Positions 50,899 through 60,238 of a stretch of 64,000 nucleotides of DNA are shown piece by piece (the stretch's first letter is position 1; every line of letters begins with the position of its first letter). The translations under genes and the position numbers were made by a program. Source of the DNA: Candidatus Bathyarchaeia archaeon (GTDB lineage: Archaea; Thermoproteota; Bathyarchaeia; Bathyarchaeales; Bathycorpusculaceae); assembly GCA_050010515.1 (NCBI GenBank), contig JBEKKX010000001.1, positions 1-64,000 of the forward strand, written 5' to 3'. The notes beneath the pieces are model-generated. The model worked only from the letters and a program-made list of their open reading frames with translations, did not search any database and was not told the DNA's origin.

Positions 50899-51978
50899 TT
50901 GCCTAAAAGTTACACATACACCGACGCAGGTGTAAACCGCCAACAACGAGCAGAGTCCAAAAAAGCGCTAAAAAACCTGCAGGAAACCTACAAGCACATC
51001 CGCTATGGCGGCATAATGCATCTGCCGTATGGTAACATTTTTCCAATCGGAGAAAACACTTTTCTGGATCTCGTCATCGAAGGGGTAGGCACTAAAGTTC
51101 TGATAGCGCAGTTGGCGCAGAAGTATGACACTATAGGCATCGACGCTGTAGCCATGGCGATCAATGACGTTATTCGTTCGGGAGCTAAACCGCTCGCCAT
51201 AGCAGATAACATTCATGCGCAAGCAAGCGACCCACGGCTTGTAAGAGAGTGGCTAAAAGGAATCATCCAAGGCGCCGCTCAAGCTGAATGCCCAGTTACT
51301 GGCGGAGAAACAGGCGATGTAGCTGAAATAATAAAAGGCTTAGCAGAAAACGCTGGGTTCGACATGGTGGTCGCTTCCGTCGGTGAAGTTGAGCGGCAAG
51401 AAATCATAACTGGAGAAAACATCAAACCCGGCGATCCGATAATAGGCTTAGCCAGCAGCGGATTGCATAGCAACGGCATAACAATGGCAAGAAAAATTCT
51501 CTTTAAGCAATGGGGCGGAAAATACCAGCCAAACGACATCCCAACAGGCTTAGACAAGGAAATCGTCCTCGAAGCCCTTGAACCAACAAAAATTTATGTT
51601 AAACCACTCCTCAAACTAGCCAGCGAAGTAAAGGTCAAAGCAGCCGTGCACATCACGGGCGACGCCTACATGAAATTCAACAACCTTGCCAGTTTTTCGC
51701 CAGGCATAGGCTTTGAATTCAACAACTTCAAACCCCAACCCATATTCAGTTTTATTCAAAAAACGGCAGCGGAACTTGGCTATATTATTTCAGATGAGGA
51801 AATGTTCAAGACCTTCAACATGGGCTGGGGTTTTGGCATAATCGTTGACAAAACAGAAATCGACAAAGCCATGAACACACTGGAGCAGGACAGCTCAAAA
51901 CCTGAAATAATAGGAAAAGTGACAGACAAACAAACAGTAGAAATCCACTACCAAAACAAAAAGTTGTTGTTGACGTAA
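50899..51978 (+). CDS. purM: Phosphoribosylformylglycinamidine cyclo-ligase (AIR synthetase)
   Basis: YTDAGV, EGVGTK, GIDAVAMAINDV, GGETG, SSGLHSNG, HITG, TFNMGWG. Confidence 0.95.
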   Translation: MPKSYTYTDAGVNRQQRAESKKALKNLQETYKHIRYGGIMHLPYGNIFPIGENTFLDLVIEGVGTKVLIAQLAQKYDTIGIDAVAMAINDVIRSGAKPLAIADNIHAQASDPRLVREWLKGIIQGAAQAECPVTGGETGDVAEIIKGLAENAGFDMVVASVGEVERQEIITGENIKPGDPIIGLASSGLHSNGITMARKILFKQWGGKYQPNDIPTGLDKEIVLEALEPTKIYVKPLLKLASEVKVKAAVHITGDAYMKFNNLASFSPGIGFEFNNFKPQPIFSFIQKTAAELGYIISDEEMFKTFNMGWGFGIIVDKTEIDKAMNTLEQDSSKPEIIGKVTDKQTVEIHYQNKKLLLT

Positions 51979-52036
51979 AGTTTTGCTTTTTTTATGACGA
52001 AAGCGTTTAAATCTTCTAGCTTAATTTAAAGGTTTT

Positions 52037-52288
52037 ATGAAATACCATGCTAAAATAGAAGTTAGCCTAAAACCGGGTCACAGCAATCCTGAAGGGGAAA
52101 CAATAGCCCGTTTACTGAAAGAACTCGGCTACAAAGTACAAACCGTGGATGTGAGTAAAGTTTTCACTGTCACTCTTGAAGCATCAACAATTTCCGAAGC
52201 CAAGGCAAAGGCGGAAGAAATGAGCAAGCGCCTTTTGGCAAACCCAACCAAAGACAACTACACAGTAACCGTTGAGGAGCAGAAATGA
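52037..52288 (+). CDS. purS: FGAM synthase subunit PurS
   Basis: LKPGHSNPEG, LLANP. Confidence 0.93.
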   Translation: MKYHAKIEVSLKPGHSNPEGETIARLLKELGYKVQTVDVSKVFTVTLEASTISEAKAKAEEMSKRLLANPTKDNYTVTVEEQK

Positions 52289-54666
52289 ACGCTAACCTGT
52301 ACCTCCCACGCAGAACCAGCTATGCACTCTACGGCATAACTTTAGCCAAAGCCAATGACCAACAACTCGCAGAAATCAGCAACGAACTAGCTTTAGGATT
52401 AAGTCTTCAAGAAATGAAGACCATCCAAGCCTATTTTAAGGAAGAAAACAGAAACCCGACAGATGTGGAACTTCAAACCATCAGTCAAACATGGTCAGAA
52501 CATTGCTATCACAAAACCTTCAAAGGAAAAATCCAAATTGGCGGCAAAGAAATTGACAGCCTATTTAAAACCTTCATTACAAAAGCCACAAAAGAAATCA
52601 ACCCGCCATGGTGCTTTAGTGTCTTCGAAGACAACGCAGGCATTGTACGTTTTGATAAGGGCTATGGAATAGCAGCAAAAGTGGAAACACACAATCATCC
52701 ATCTGCTGTTGAACCCTTCGGCGGTGCAGCAACTGGTGTTGGTGGCGTAATTCGAGACATTCTAGGTGTCTGGGCTGACCCAATCGCGTGCACGGACGTT
52801 TTAGGCTTCGGACCATTAGATTACGATTACAACAAGCTTCCTGCAGGCGTTAAACATCCAAAATACGTGTATATGGGCGTCACTGCAGGCATCAGCGCGT
52901 ATGGCAATAACATGGGCATCCCAACCGTCAACGGAGCAATATATTTTGACGAAAGCTACACAGGAAACGTCACGGTATACTGCGGATGCATAGGACTATT
53001 ACCATTAAACAAATTCATAAAAAATGCCAAACCAAAACACATAATCGTTTTGGCGGGCGGAAAAACAGGACGCGACGGCATCCACGGCGTAACCTTCGCC
53101 TCAGCCGAACTAACCGAAAAATCAGAAGAAATCTCAAGACCAGCCGTACAAATCGCCGACCCAATAGAAGAAGAAAAAGTCAAACGAGCAATAATAGAAA
53201 CCCGCAACCTACAACTGGCATCGGCAACAACAGACCTTGGAGGCGGAGGATTGTCTTCAGCAGTCGGCGAAACCGCTGAAAAATTCGATTGCGGAGCAAC
53301 CATTGACCTTAGCAAAGTACCGTTGAAGTATCAGGGTTTGGCTCCGTGGGAAATTTACATTTCAGAATCACAAGAAAGAATGCTTTTAACAGTGCCGCCG
53401 GAAAACCTTGAGAGGGTTATGGCGATTTTTGAGAAAGAGGACGTTCAAGCCACCGCAATAGGTGAACTAACAAGCGAACACCGCTTACAGCTTAACTTTC
53501 ACGGAGAGAAAGTTGCCGACATGGACATGGCTTTTCTGTTTAATCCTTGCAAAAGCATGAAAACAGCAACCATTGAAATCCCAAGCTTTACGGAACCAGA
53601 GTTTCCCCAGCCAGAAAACCTAACTGAAGCCCTGCTGCAACTGCTTTCGGCTCCGAACATTGCCAGCAAAGAAAGCGTCATACGCACTTATGACCATGAA
53701 GTAAAAGGAAATACTACGCTTAAACCCTTACAAGGAGAGTACGCTGGACCAAACGATGCAGCTGTACTGAAACCGCTTGATGATTCATGGAAAGGCTTGG
53801 CAATTTCGTGCGGTATGAACCCGAATTACGGAAAGATTGATGCTTACTGGATGGCTGCTTCAGCTATTGACGAGGCAGTGAGAAACAACATTGCCGTCGG
53901 CGGAAGAAGGATTGCGCTGCTGGATAATTTTACGTGGGGAAACCCTGAGAAACCAGAGCGCTTGGGCTCGCTAGTAAGAGCCTGCGAAGCCTGCTATGAC
54001 TTTGCCAAGGCGTTTAGGACGCCGTTTATCTCTGGAAAAGACAGCCTCTACAACGAATCCCCGCTGGGTCCAGTTACGCCAACGCTTCTGATTACCGCCA
54101 TAGGTATAATTCCTAACATTCAATTTACCACATCTATGGATTTGAAAGCGCCCGGCAACCTGCTCTACATCATTGGTGACACATTCAATGAGCTGGGCGG
54201 TTCAGAATACTACAAACTCAAAGGCTACTTAGGTGCAAGCGTGCCCAAAGTGAAAGGAGCCAGAGCCAAGCGCACGTTCAGAGCTGTAACTAAAGCCATC
54301 GATTTGGGCTTAATCAAATCGTGCCATGACCTTTCTGAAGGCGGGTTGGCAGTGGCGGCGGCGGAGATGGCGTTTGCGGGTGGCTACGGCTTAGAGCTGG
54401 ATTTAGGTAATGTACTCGGCAAAGCGTTAGAGCGAAATGACTTTGTGCTGTTTTCAGAGTCAAACAGCCGCTTCCTCATTGAAGTCTCAGAAACTGATAG
54501 GCAGGAATTTGAGGCTTTAATGAAGGGAAAAAACTGCGCTAAAATTGGCAAAGTGACCGAAGACGAGAAACTGCTTATTCATGGGTTAAACCAGAAAATA
54601 GTAGTTGACGCTTCACTTGCCGAGCTGCGGTGTAGCTGGAAAAGAACGTTAAGCGGTGAACCCTAA
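52285..54666 (+). CDS. purL: FGAM synthase subunit PurL
   Basis: WSEHCYHK, ETHNHPS, GGVIRDI, DLGGGGL, SESQERM, ISGKDSLYN, HDLSEGG. Confidence 0.96.
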   Translation: MNANLYLPRRTSYALYGITLAKANDQQLAEISNELALGLSLQEMKTIQAYFKEENRNPTDVELQTISQTWSEHCYHKTFKGKIQIGGKEIDSLFKTFITKATKEINPPWCFSVFEDNAGIVRFDKGYGIAAKVETHNHPSAVEPFGGAATGVGGVIRDILGVWADPIACTDVLGFGPLDYDYNKLPAGVKHPKYVYMGVTAGISAYGNNMGIPTVNGAIYFDESYTGNVTVYCGCIGLLPLNKFIKNAKPKHIIVLAGGKTGRDGIHGVTFASAELTEKSEEISRPAVQIADPIEEEKVKRAIIETRNLQLASATTDLGGGGLSSAVGETAEKFDCGATIDLSKVPLKYQGLAPWEIYISESQERMLLTVPPENLERVMAIFEKEDVQATAIGELTSEHRLQLNFHGEKVADMDMAFLFNPCKSMKTATIEIPSFTEPEFPQPENLTEALLQLLSAPNIASKESVIRTYDHEVKGNTTLKPLQGEYAGPNDAAVLKPLDDSWKGLAISCGMNPNYGKIDAYWMAASAIDEAVRNNIAVGGRRIALLDNFTWGNPEKPERLGSLVRACEACYDFAKAFRTPFISGKDSLYNESPLGPVTPTLLITAIGIIPNIQFTTSMDLKAPGNLLYIIGDTFNELGGSEYYKLKGYLGASVPKVKGARAKRTFRAVTKAIDLGLIKSCHDLSEGGLAVAAAEMAFAGGYGLELDLGNVLGKALERNDFVLFSESNSRFLIEVSETDRQEFEALMKGKNCAKIGKVTEDEKLLIHGLNQKIVVDASLAELRCSWKRTLSGEP

Positions 54667-55489
54667 AATGAAGCTGGAAGAAATCAAAGTCTGTGTTATG
54701 CGCGTTGGCGGAACCAACTGCGATGCAGAAACCCAGCGGGCTTTTTTGGAGTTAGGTGTCCAAGCGGAGACTTTGCATGTTAACGAGTTAATAAAACGCA
54801 AAAACCTTCTTGATTACCAGGTGCTGGTTTTTCCAGGCGGCTTCTCCTTCGGCGATTATGTGCGTTCAGGCGTAATTTTTGCACGATGGCTCAGTGCTAA
54901 ATTAGGCAAAGAAATTGAAGCTTTTATTGATGAAGGCAGACCGATTCTGGGAATATGCAACGGTTTCCAAATATTGGTTGAGTATGGTTTGCTTCCAGGC
55001 TTCGACGGAATGAGTACTTATCCTGAAGCTACATTGACCACGAATGAACCGCAAGGCTTCAAATGCCAATGGATTTACATGAAGCATGAAAATAGGGGAA
55101 AATGCGCTTTCACAAACAAAATTCCAGCTGGCAAGGTAGTGAGGATGCCGATTGCCCATGGAGAAGGCAGGTTACTGTTCCCAAAGGAGAAAGAACAGGA
55201 AATGCTTGCAAAGCTAAACGATAATGACATGGTTGTTTTCCGATACTGCGACAAAAACGGCAACAGTGCCGACGGCAAATACCCAGCTAATCCCAACGGT
55301 TCCACATATGACATTGCAGGCATATGCAGCAGGGAAGGAAACATTTTCGGTTTAATGCCTCATCCAGAGAGGGCAATGTACTGGTGGCAACAACCCGACT
55401 GGACACGGCAACAACAAATGCTGCAGTATGGCGACGGGAAACTAATCTTCCAAAGCATAATCGACAATTTAACCAAGAAGTGCTGGTAA
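54656..55489 (+). CDS. purQ: FGAM synthase glutaminase subunit PurQ
   Basis: GTNCD, PGGFSFGD, GICNGFQ, AHGEG, NPNGS, MPHPER. Start may be the ATG at 54668. Confidence 0.96.
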   Translation: MNPKMKLEEIKVCVMRVGGTNCDAETQRAFLELGVQAETLHVNELIKRKNLLDYQVLVFPGGFSFGDYVRSGVIFARWLSAKLGKEIEAFIDEGRPILGICNGFQILVEYGLLPGFDGMSTYPEATLTTNEPQGFKCQWIYMKHENRGKCAFTNKIPAGKVVRMPIAHGEGRLLFPKEKEQEMLAKLNDNDMVVFRYCDKNGNSADGKYPANPNGSTYDIAGICSREGNIFGLMPHPERAMYWWQQPDWTRQQQMLQYGDGKLIFQSIIDNLTKKCW

Positions 55490-55556
55490 ATCAGAGGAAT
55501 TGGCAAAAAAAAAGGTATATGTGCCAATAACATCATTATTTGCCAGTGATGATTAT

Positions 55557-55802
55557 ATGTCTGTAGAAGTGGACAAATATGGACGCATAGTTCTACCTAA
55601 ACAGATTCGCAAAAAATACGGCATGGATGAAGGCATTCGGCTTATCATCACTGAGTATATGGGGCGTATTTGTCTTGTCCCTGTAAGGAAGTACGAAAAG
55701 CCTACTGAGATGTTATATGGCGCCGTGAAGTTGGAGATGCCTATAGAGGAGCCAAAGCACCTGGCAAGAGAACACATTCGCAAAAAGTTGGTTTTCGGCT
55801 AA
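55557..55802 (+). CDS. AbrB/MazE/SpoVT-family DNA-binding protein (orphan antitoxin-like)
   Basis: VDKYGRIVLPKQIRKKYG swapped-hairpin motif. Confidence 0.8.
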   Translation: MSVEVDKYGRIVLPKQIRKKYGMDEGIRLIITEYMGRICLVPVRKYEKPTEMLYGAVKLEMPIEEPKHLAREHIRKKLVFG

Positions 55803-55863
55803 TTTTCAAGTCTCACTTGCGCGTTGTCCTGAGGCTTCTTGGTTTTAATCTCATTAATTTTAA

Positions 55864-56775
55864 TTAAAGCGATTCTAAATCTTTTGAGTAGGGCAAGCCC
55901 GCGCGTGCACCCATCTGCATTACGCTTCTGGAAGCCACAAAATTCCCCAACCGACCGCACTCATAGAGGCTTTTGCTGTTGATTAAGCCGTAGAGGAAGC
56001 CAGCGCAGAAAGCGTCCCCAGCACCTGTCGTATCGACCACTTTTACTTTGAAAGGTTCTATCCTAAGCCTTTCTCGACCGTCAGTAACGTAACAGCCTTT
56101 GCTGCCAAGTTTAACTGCAACGATTTTAACGCCCATTTCAATCATAAAATCCGCACCTTTGCAGAAATCAGCTTCTCCGGTTAAAAGTTCAAGTTCAACA
56201 GCGTTAGGCATCAAAACATAAGAGCTTCTAATTATTGGTTCTATGGCTACAAAACCCTTCCTTGCATACACTGAGCCTGGGTCAAAGCTAATTTTAACAT
56301 CGCCAGGCAAGGTGGCTAAGAGCTTTTTTTGTGCACGAAGAGATTTTTCACCAACAAAAGAGGAGTAATGCAAAAATTTTGTTTGAGAAAGATAATTTCT
56401 ATCTATTTCGCGAGGCTCGATTGTGTCGTTGACGCCTGAGTTAATGTATAGGGCTCTTGCACCTTTCTTGTCCACGAAACCAAGCACCGAACCACTTTTT
56501 CCCTGTTTTGCCTGAATGATGCCAACGGTGTCGACGCCTTCATTGCTAAAACAGTCAATTTGCAGTTTGCCTTCCCGGTCATTGGCTACTTTCCCTATGA
56601 AGCCAACTTTGCACCCGAGCCTCGCCAACCCAACCACGGTATTCGCGGCTGACCCCCCGCAAGCCTCAGTGTAATCTTCAATGAAGCTTTCTTCTTCAGC
56701 CCCCGAAAGCTTATCAACTTTGAAGAGCATGTCAACGTTAAGTGCACCGAAACCGACAACGTCAAATTTGGTCAT
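55864..56775 (-). CDS. PfkB/ribokinase-family kinase (nucleoside-kinase / EhaT-like)
   Basis: GALNVD, GGSAAN, FDPG, PNAVE, DTTGAGDAF; ATGA overlap with the ftr-like gene. Confidence 0.92.
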   Translation of the reverse strand: MTKFDVVGFGALNVDMLFKVDKLSGAEEESFIEDYTEACGGSAANTVVGLARLGCKVGFIGKVANDREGKLQIDCFSNEGVDTVGIIQAKQGKSGSVLGFVDKKGARALYINSGVNDTIEPREIDRNYLSQTKFLHYSSFVGEKSLRAQKKLLATLPGDVKISFDPGSVYARKGFVAIEPIIRSSYVLMPNAVELELLTGEADFCKGADFMIEMGVKIVAVKLGSKGCYVTDGRERLRIEPFKVKVVDTTGAGDAFCAGFLYGLINSKSLYECGRLGNFVASRSVMQMGARAGLPYSKDLESL

Positions 56776-57680
56776 GGAAACAGCTCTCGCAAAAATATTT
56801 TATGTTCGCCTAGTTTGCCGCCATAGTTACCAGCGGAAACCTTCACGACACCATCAATGCCTAACACTGCTCTGACTCCAGCTTTGGTGGCTTCTTTAAC
56901 AGCATCTAAAGAAACGCCATCAAAAACTATCTCAGCTATATAACCTACGCCTTCTGGAACACGAGATTCTTTACCTAACCGCTCCCTAAGAGAGGGACAA
57001 TACAGGTGGTTTGTTGTTGGACCAATCTTAGGAAAATGAGTTTCCGGCTTGGAGCCTGCAGAGCAGACATCAAAGGGCGTAACTACACCGTGAGCATCAT
57101 GGATTGCAGCTAAGGCTTTTTCTCCAGCTTGCCTCAACGCTTCTTTTGTTTTGCACATTACCCAAAAGTTGCCGCCCATGATGCCACGACCATAGCCTAA
57201 GTACCGTTCAATGACGAAGTCAGGAACCATCAATGGGACAACGATTACTTCTCTGCCATGACGCTTCTCTACCCATTCATAGCCGTCGCCGCAGTGTCCA
57301 ACGCTCTCCATCATGTCCATTTTTCCTTCAGCGCTTGGCAGAGCGTCAAAGATAGCGGTAAAAGGCTTTACCAAAATGTCTTGGCGGATGCGGTAGGAAA
57401 GCTCAATTTCAAACTTTTTCAGTGATTCAGCAAATGTTTTTTTTGGGTTTATTTCTCCCCAGAACTGCAGTATTGCACCTTTGCGTTTATCGGGAGTTTC
57501 TTTTTGGCTGAGGTATTTTTCGACGCCACCCTCTACTCTGCCAATCACAACGGAGGGCATTGCTGTCGAATCCTCAGCAGCCTTGCGTAAGGTTTCTTCA
57601 TCGTCGGCTGTAACAATTACTCGGCAAAAAATTCCAGTAAAGGCTTCGGCGTACGTGTCTTCTATTTCCGCTTTTGCCAT
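56772..57680 (-). CDS. Formylmethanofuran:H4MPT formyltransferase-like protein (Ftr paralog / EhaS-like)
   Basis: IEDTYAEAF, TPDKRKG, GDGYE, MGGNF, SAGSK, TTNHLYCPSL, EIVFDG, SAGNYGGKLG. Confidence 0.88.
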   Translation of the reverse strand: MAKAEIEDTYAEAFTGIFCRVIVTADDEETLRKAAEDSTAMPSVVIGRVEGGVEKYLSQKETPDKRKGAILQFWGEINPKKTFAESLKKFEIELSYRIRQDILVKPFTAIFDALPSAEGKMDMMESVGHCGDGYEWVEKRHGREVIVVPLMVPDFVIERYLGYGRGIMGGNFWVMCKTKEALRQAGEKALAAIHDAHGVVTPFDVCSAGSKPETHFPKIGPTTNHLYCPSLRERLGKESRVPEGVGYIAEIVFDGVSLDAVKEATKAGVRAVLGIDGVVKVSAGNYGGKLGEHKIFLRELFP

Positions 57681-57681
57681 T

Positions 57682-58764
57682 TTATCCTAGCCTCCCTATG
57701 GATACTCCTCGCACTTTCTTTCTAAACGTGTTGCTTTCTTTTACCAGTGTTTCCATATTTTGGGCTGTTACTATTTGAGCTTTAGGCAAGGCACCAGGGT
57801 AAAAGTCTGAGAGCTGCCTCAGCAAAGCCTTGTCCACTCCACTTTTCTTTAGCGCTTCATAATTCCAAGACTGAAGCGCGCACGTTGTTTTCTCTTTTCC
57901 AAACCTGCAGAACAAATCAGCAATCGCAGCAGTTACAAGATTGCTTTCAGATAAAACTGCTAATTCAGCATTTTTGACTGCGTAACCGTTACCGTTGAAA
58001 GATACTGTTAAGCCACCGTTTGCCCGCACGAGTTTGAAAGCTTCCACGTCAGTTATGCTGTCGCCCACGTACATCACATCCCCTAATTCTGCACCTAAAC
58101 GCTTCACGGCATCACGGATTGCTTGAGCTTTTTGTTCTCCACCAATCGTTACAACATCAGTAAGCATCTTGCCAACGCTCATTTTGGGTATTTCGCTCCA
58201 GAAAACCTCATCCAAACGCTGAATTATCGCCTGGTCATTGCGCGAAAAATCTTCCCTTGCTCTTGCCGCTGGGGGGATATCGATTAGATGCATCTGTGTA
58301 ATTTCCTTTGCTATTTCTTTTAGCCGCTCTTTTTCTTTTGGCGAGAGGGCATATTTGTCGAGGCTTACTTTGGTGCAGTAGGTATTTTCGTAGGGAAAAC
58401 TGAGTGCTTTGCACAAAGCCTTGATGTAGTGCTCGTAGCTGGTGCTGACGATGAAGGCGCTAGCTATGGCTTGTATATGGTACAGAGTCTCTTTGCTGTG
58501 AGCAATTAAAACAACGTTTTTCTCTGAAAAGTCTTCCATCAGCTTATCCGTAACATCATAAGCCTTAAAGAAAGGCAAAACAAGCTTCAACGTGCTACCC
58601 GCAGAGTAACTGGGCTTTCGCAGAACATCCGCCAGCACATCATCGTACTTGCTTATGTTGGCAAAAAGTTTGTCTCCGTTTGGGATAAAATTTGCCGCTA
58701 ACTCGAAGGCGTTGTCGTTCTTTGAGATTGGTCCTTCGCAGTCGGATATGAAGATGCGCTTCAC
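57682..58764 (-). CDS. HAD-superfamily phosphohydrolase (EhaR / COG4030-like)
   Basis: FISDCEGPISKNDNAFE (motif I), VSTSY (II), K (III), YVGDSITD (IV), SFNGN; GTG at 58764 overlaps the purD stop (GTGA). Confidence 0.85.
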   Translation of the reverse strand: MKRIFISDCEGPISKNDNAFELAANFIPNGDKLFANISKYDDVLADVLRKPSYSAGSTLKLVLPFFKAYDVTDKLMEDFSEKNVVLIAHSKETLYHIQAIASAFIVSTSYEHYIKALCKALSFPYENTYCTKVSLDKYALSPKEKERLKEIAKEITQMHLIDIPPAARAREDFSRNDQAIIQRLDEVFWSEIPKMSVGKMLTDVVTIGGEQKAQAIRDAVKRLGAELGDVMYVGDSITDVEAFKLVRANGGLTVSFNGNGYAVKNAELAVLSESNLVTAAIADLFCRFGKEKTTCALQSWNYEALKKSGVDKALLRQLSDFYPGALPKAQIVTAQNMETLVKESNTFRKKVRGVSIGRLG

Positions 58765-60176
58765 GCCTTGCGCCTCAAATTCTCCATGTGAAGTACGCTT
58801 TTTGCAATATGCTGTTTTGAGGCGATGTCCGTTCGGTTCCACAATGCCCCACCAGTAATTGCTTTGGCTCCTTCAAGGCTGATTTGACGTGCTTCCGCGA
58901 TGCTTTTGGCTATTCCTAAAACTCCGACCGCACGGGATTTCAAAGCGTAGTTTTTGCCGTTTCTTGTTTCCATTGAACCTGGATAAACGCGGATTCTAAT
59001 GCCATACTTTTTGGTTAAGGCGTAGGCTTTTGAGAGGTCAACTGGCGTGTTAGCTAAGGATTTATCAATTTGGTTGGGGAACACTTCTGCGTAGCCACCG
59101 TAGTCTGGCGGAACCTTATAGGTTAAAACGGTTGCAGCCTTTTCCAACTCGACACTCGTCAGGTTTCCTTCTATCATTTTGAAGCAGACGTCAACGAAAT
59201 CGTCTTTGATTATTGGGAGGAGGTTGATTATTTCTGGGTCGCCAGGGCGACTGTTGTTCTCAAGAACCTTAATTCCTTGTCCAGTGTGCATGAACGCTAG
59301 ATATAAGGGCACGCCTCTGAGCGTCGAATCGTCTTTAATTTTAGCTTTCCAACCCTTGAAAATTTTATTGGCTAAAGCAAGTTCCTGTTGGCGTTCAGCC
59401 GCAGTCAAGAAGGGCAATGTGTCGCCAATGTCTTTGTATGAGCCCATTCCGCCAGTGTTTGGACCTTTATCGTCGTCGAAGGCACGTTTGTAATCGCGTG
59501 TATCTGGCAGGGGAATAAAATGTTTGCCATCACAGAAAACCATGAAACTGGATTCTTCCCCATCAATCTTTTCTTCTATGATAACCGAGCCGTATTGGAA
59601 GTTGGACATGAAATGCTCAAAAAGTTGCTCTCGGGTTGCGAAGTGGTCGCCCCAGACGCCGACGCCTTTTCCTAAAGCTGGTTTATCAGGCTTTACCACC
59701 GCTTGATTATCCAGTTCATCTAGCCAGCGGTAAACGGCGCTTTTAACGTCCGCTTCGCCCTTGTAGTCGGCTGGGTTAAAAATTTTAAAGCGGGGATTCG
59801 CTTCTGGCGCAATCTCTTGAAAAAGTTGGCGCTGCTCTATTTTGCTGGCTTCAATGGCGTATTGTTGCTTTGGACAAATGACAGGTATACCTGTGCGTTT
59901 CTCAACGAGGTCGCGGACGCCTTCAATTATGGGTTTTTCTGAACCAACCAGAACGAAATCGATTTTGTCCTTGTTTGATTCAGCGAACTTGCAGATTTCC
60001 TCAACGTCAAGGTTTGGAATGACAATGTGTTTTGTAGCTTTTTCTGCGTTGAAAGGGTTGCGCTGTTTATCAGCAATGTAGAGTTCGACTTGATAGTTTT
60101 TGCTTTGTAGAAGGGCGTCGACCATGGCGACTTCTCTTGCGCCGTAGGAAACAACTAGGACACCGATTTTTTCCAT
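58761..60176 (-). CDS. purD: Phosphoribosylamine--glycine ligase
   Basis: GARE, VGSEKP, IEASK, GKGV, EEKIDGEE, DYKRAFDDDKGPNTGGMGS, ENNSRPGDPE. Confidence 0.95.
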   Translation of the reverse strand: MEKIGVLVVSYGAREVAMVDALLQSKNYQVELYIADKQRNPFNAEKATKHIVIPNLDVEEICKFAESNKDKIDFVLVGSEKPIIEGVRDLVEKRTGIPVICPKQQYAIEASKIEQRQLFQEIAPEANPRFKIFNPADYKGEADVKSAVYRWLDELDNQAVVKPDKPALGKGVGVWGDHFATREQLFEHFMSNFQYGSVIIEEKIDGEESSFMVFCDGKHFIPLPDTRDYKRAFDDDKGPNTGGMGSYKDIGDTLPFLTAAERQQELALANKIFKGWKAKIKDDSTLRGVPLYLAFMHTGQGIKVLENNSRPGDPEIINLLPIIKDDFVDVCFKMIEGNLTSVELEKAATVLTYKVPPDYGGYAEVFPNQIDKSLANTPVDLSKAYALTKKYGIRIRVYPGSMETRNGKNYALKSRAVGVLGIAKSIAEARQISLEGAKAITGGALWNRTDIASKQHIAKSVLHMENLRRKA

Positions 60177-60238
60177 CCAAATACACCGTTACTGCTAAGA
60201 CAGTAGAGGGAACGCTTAATTTGCTTTATCACTAGCGG

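Noticed and set aside
56772-57680. Reading the Ftr-like gene and Hdr genes as evidence of methanogenesis
   Set aside because: No mcr or mtr in the window; the Ftr-like gene is coupled to purine genes, and Hdr is common in non-methanogens.
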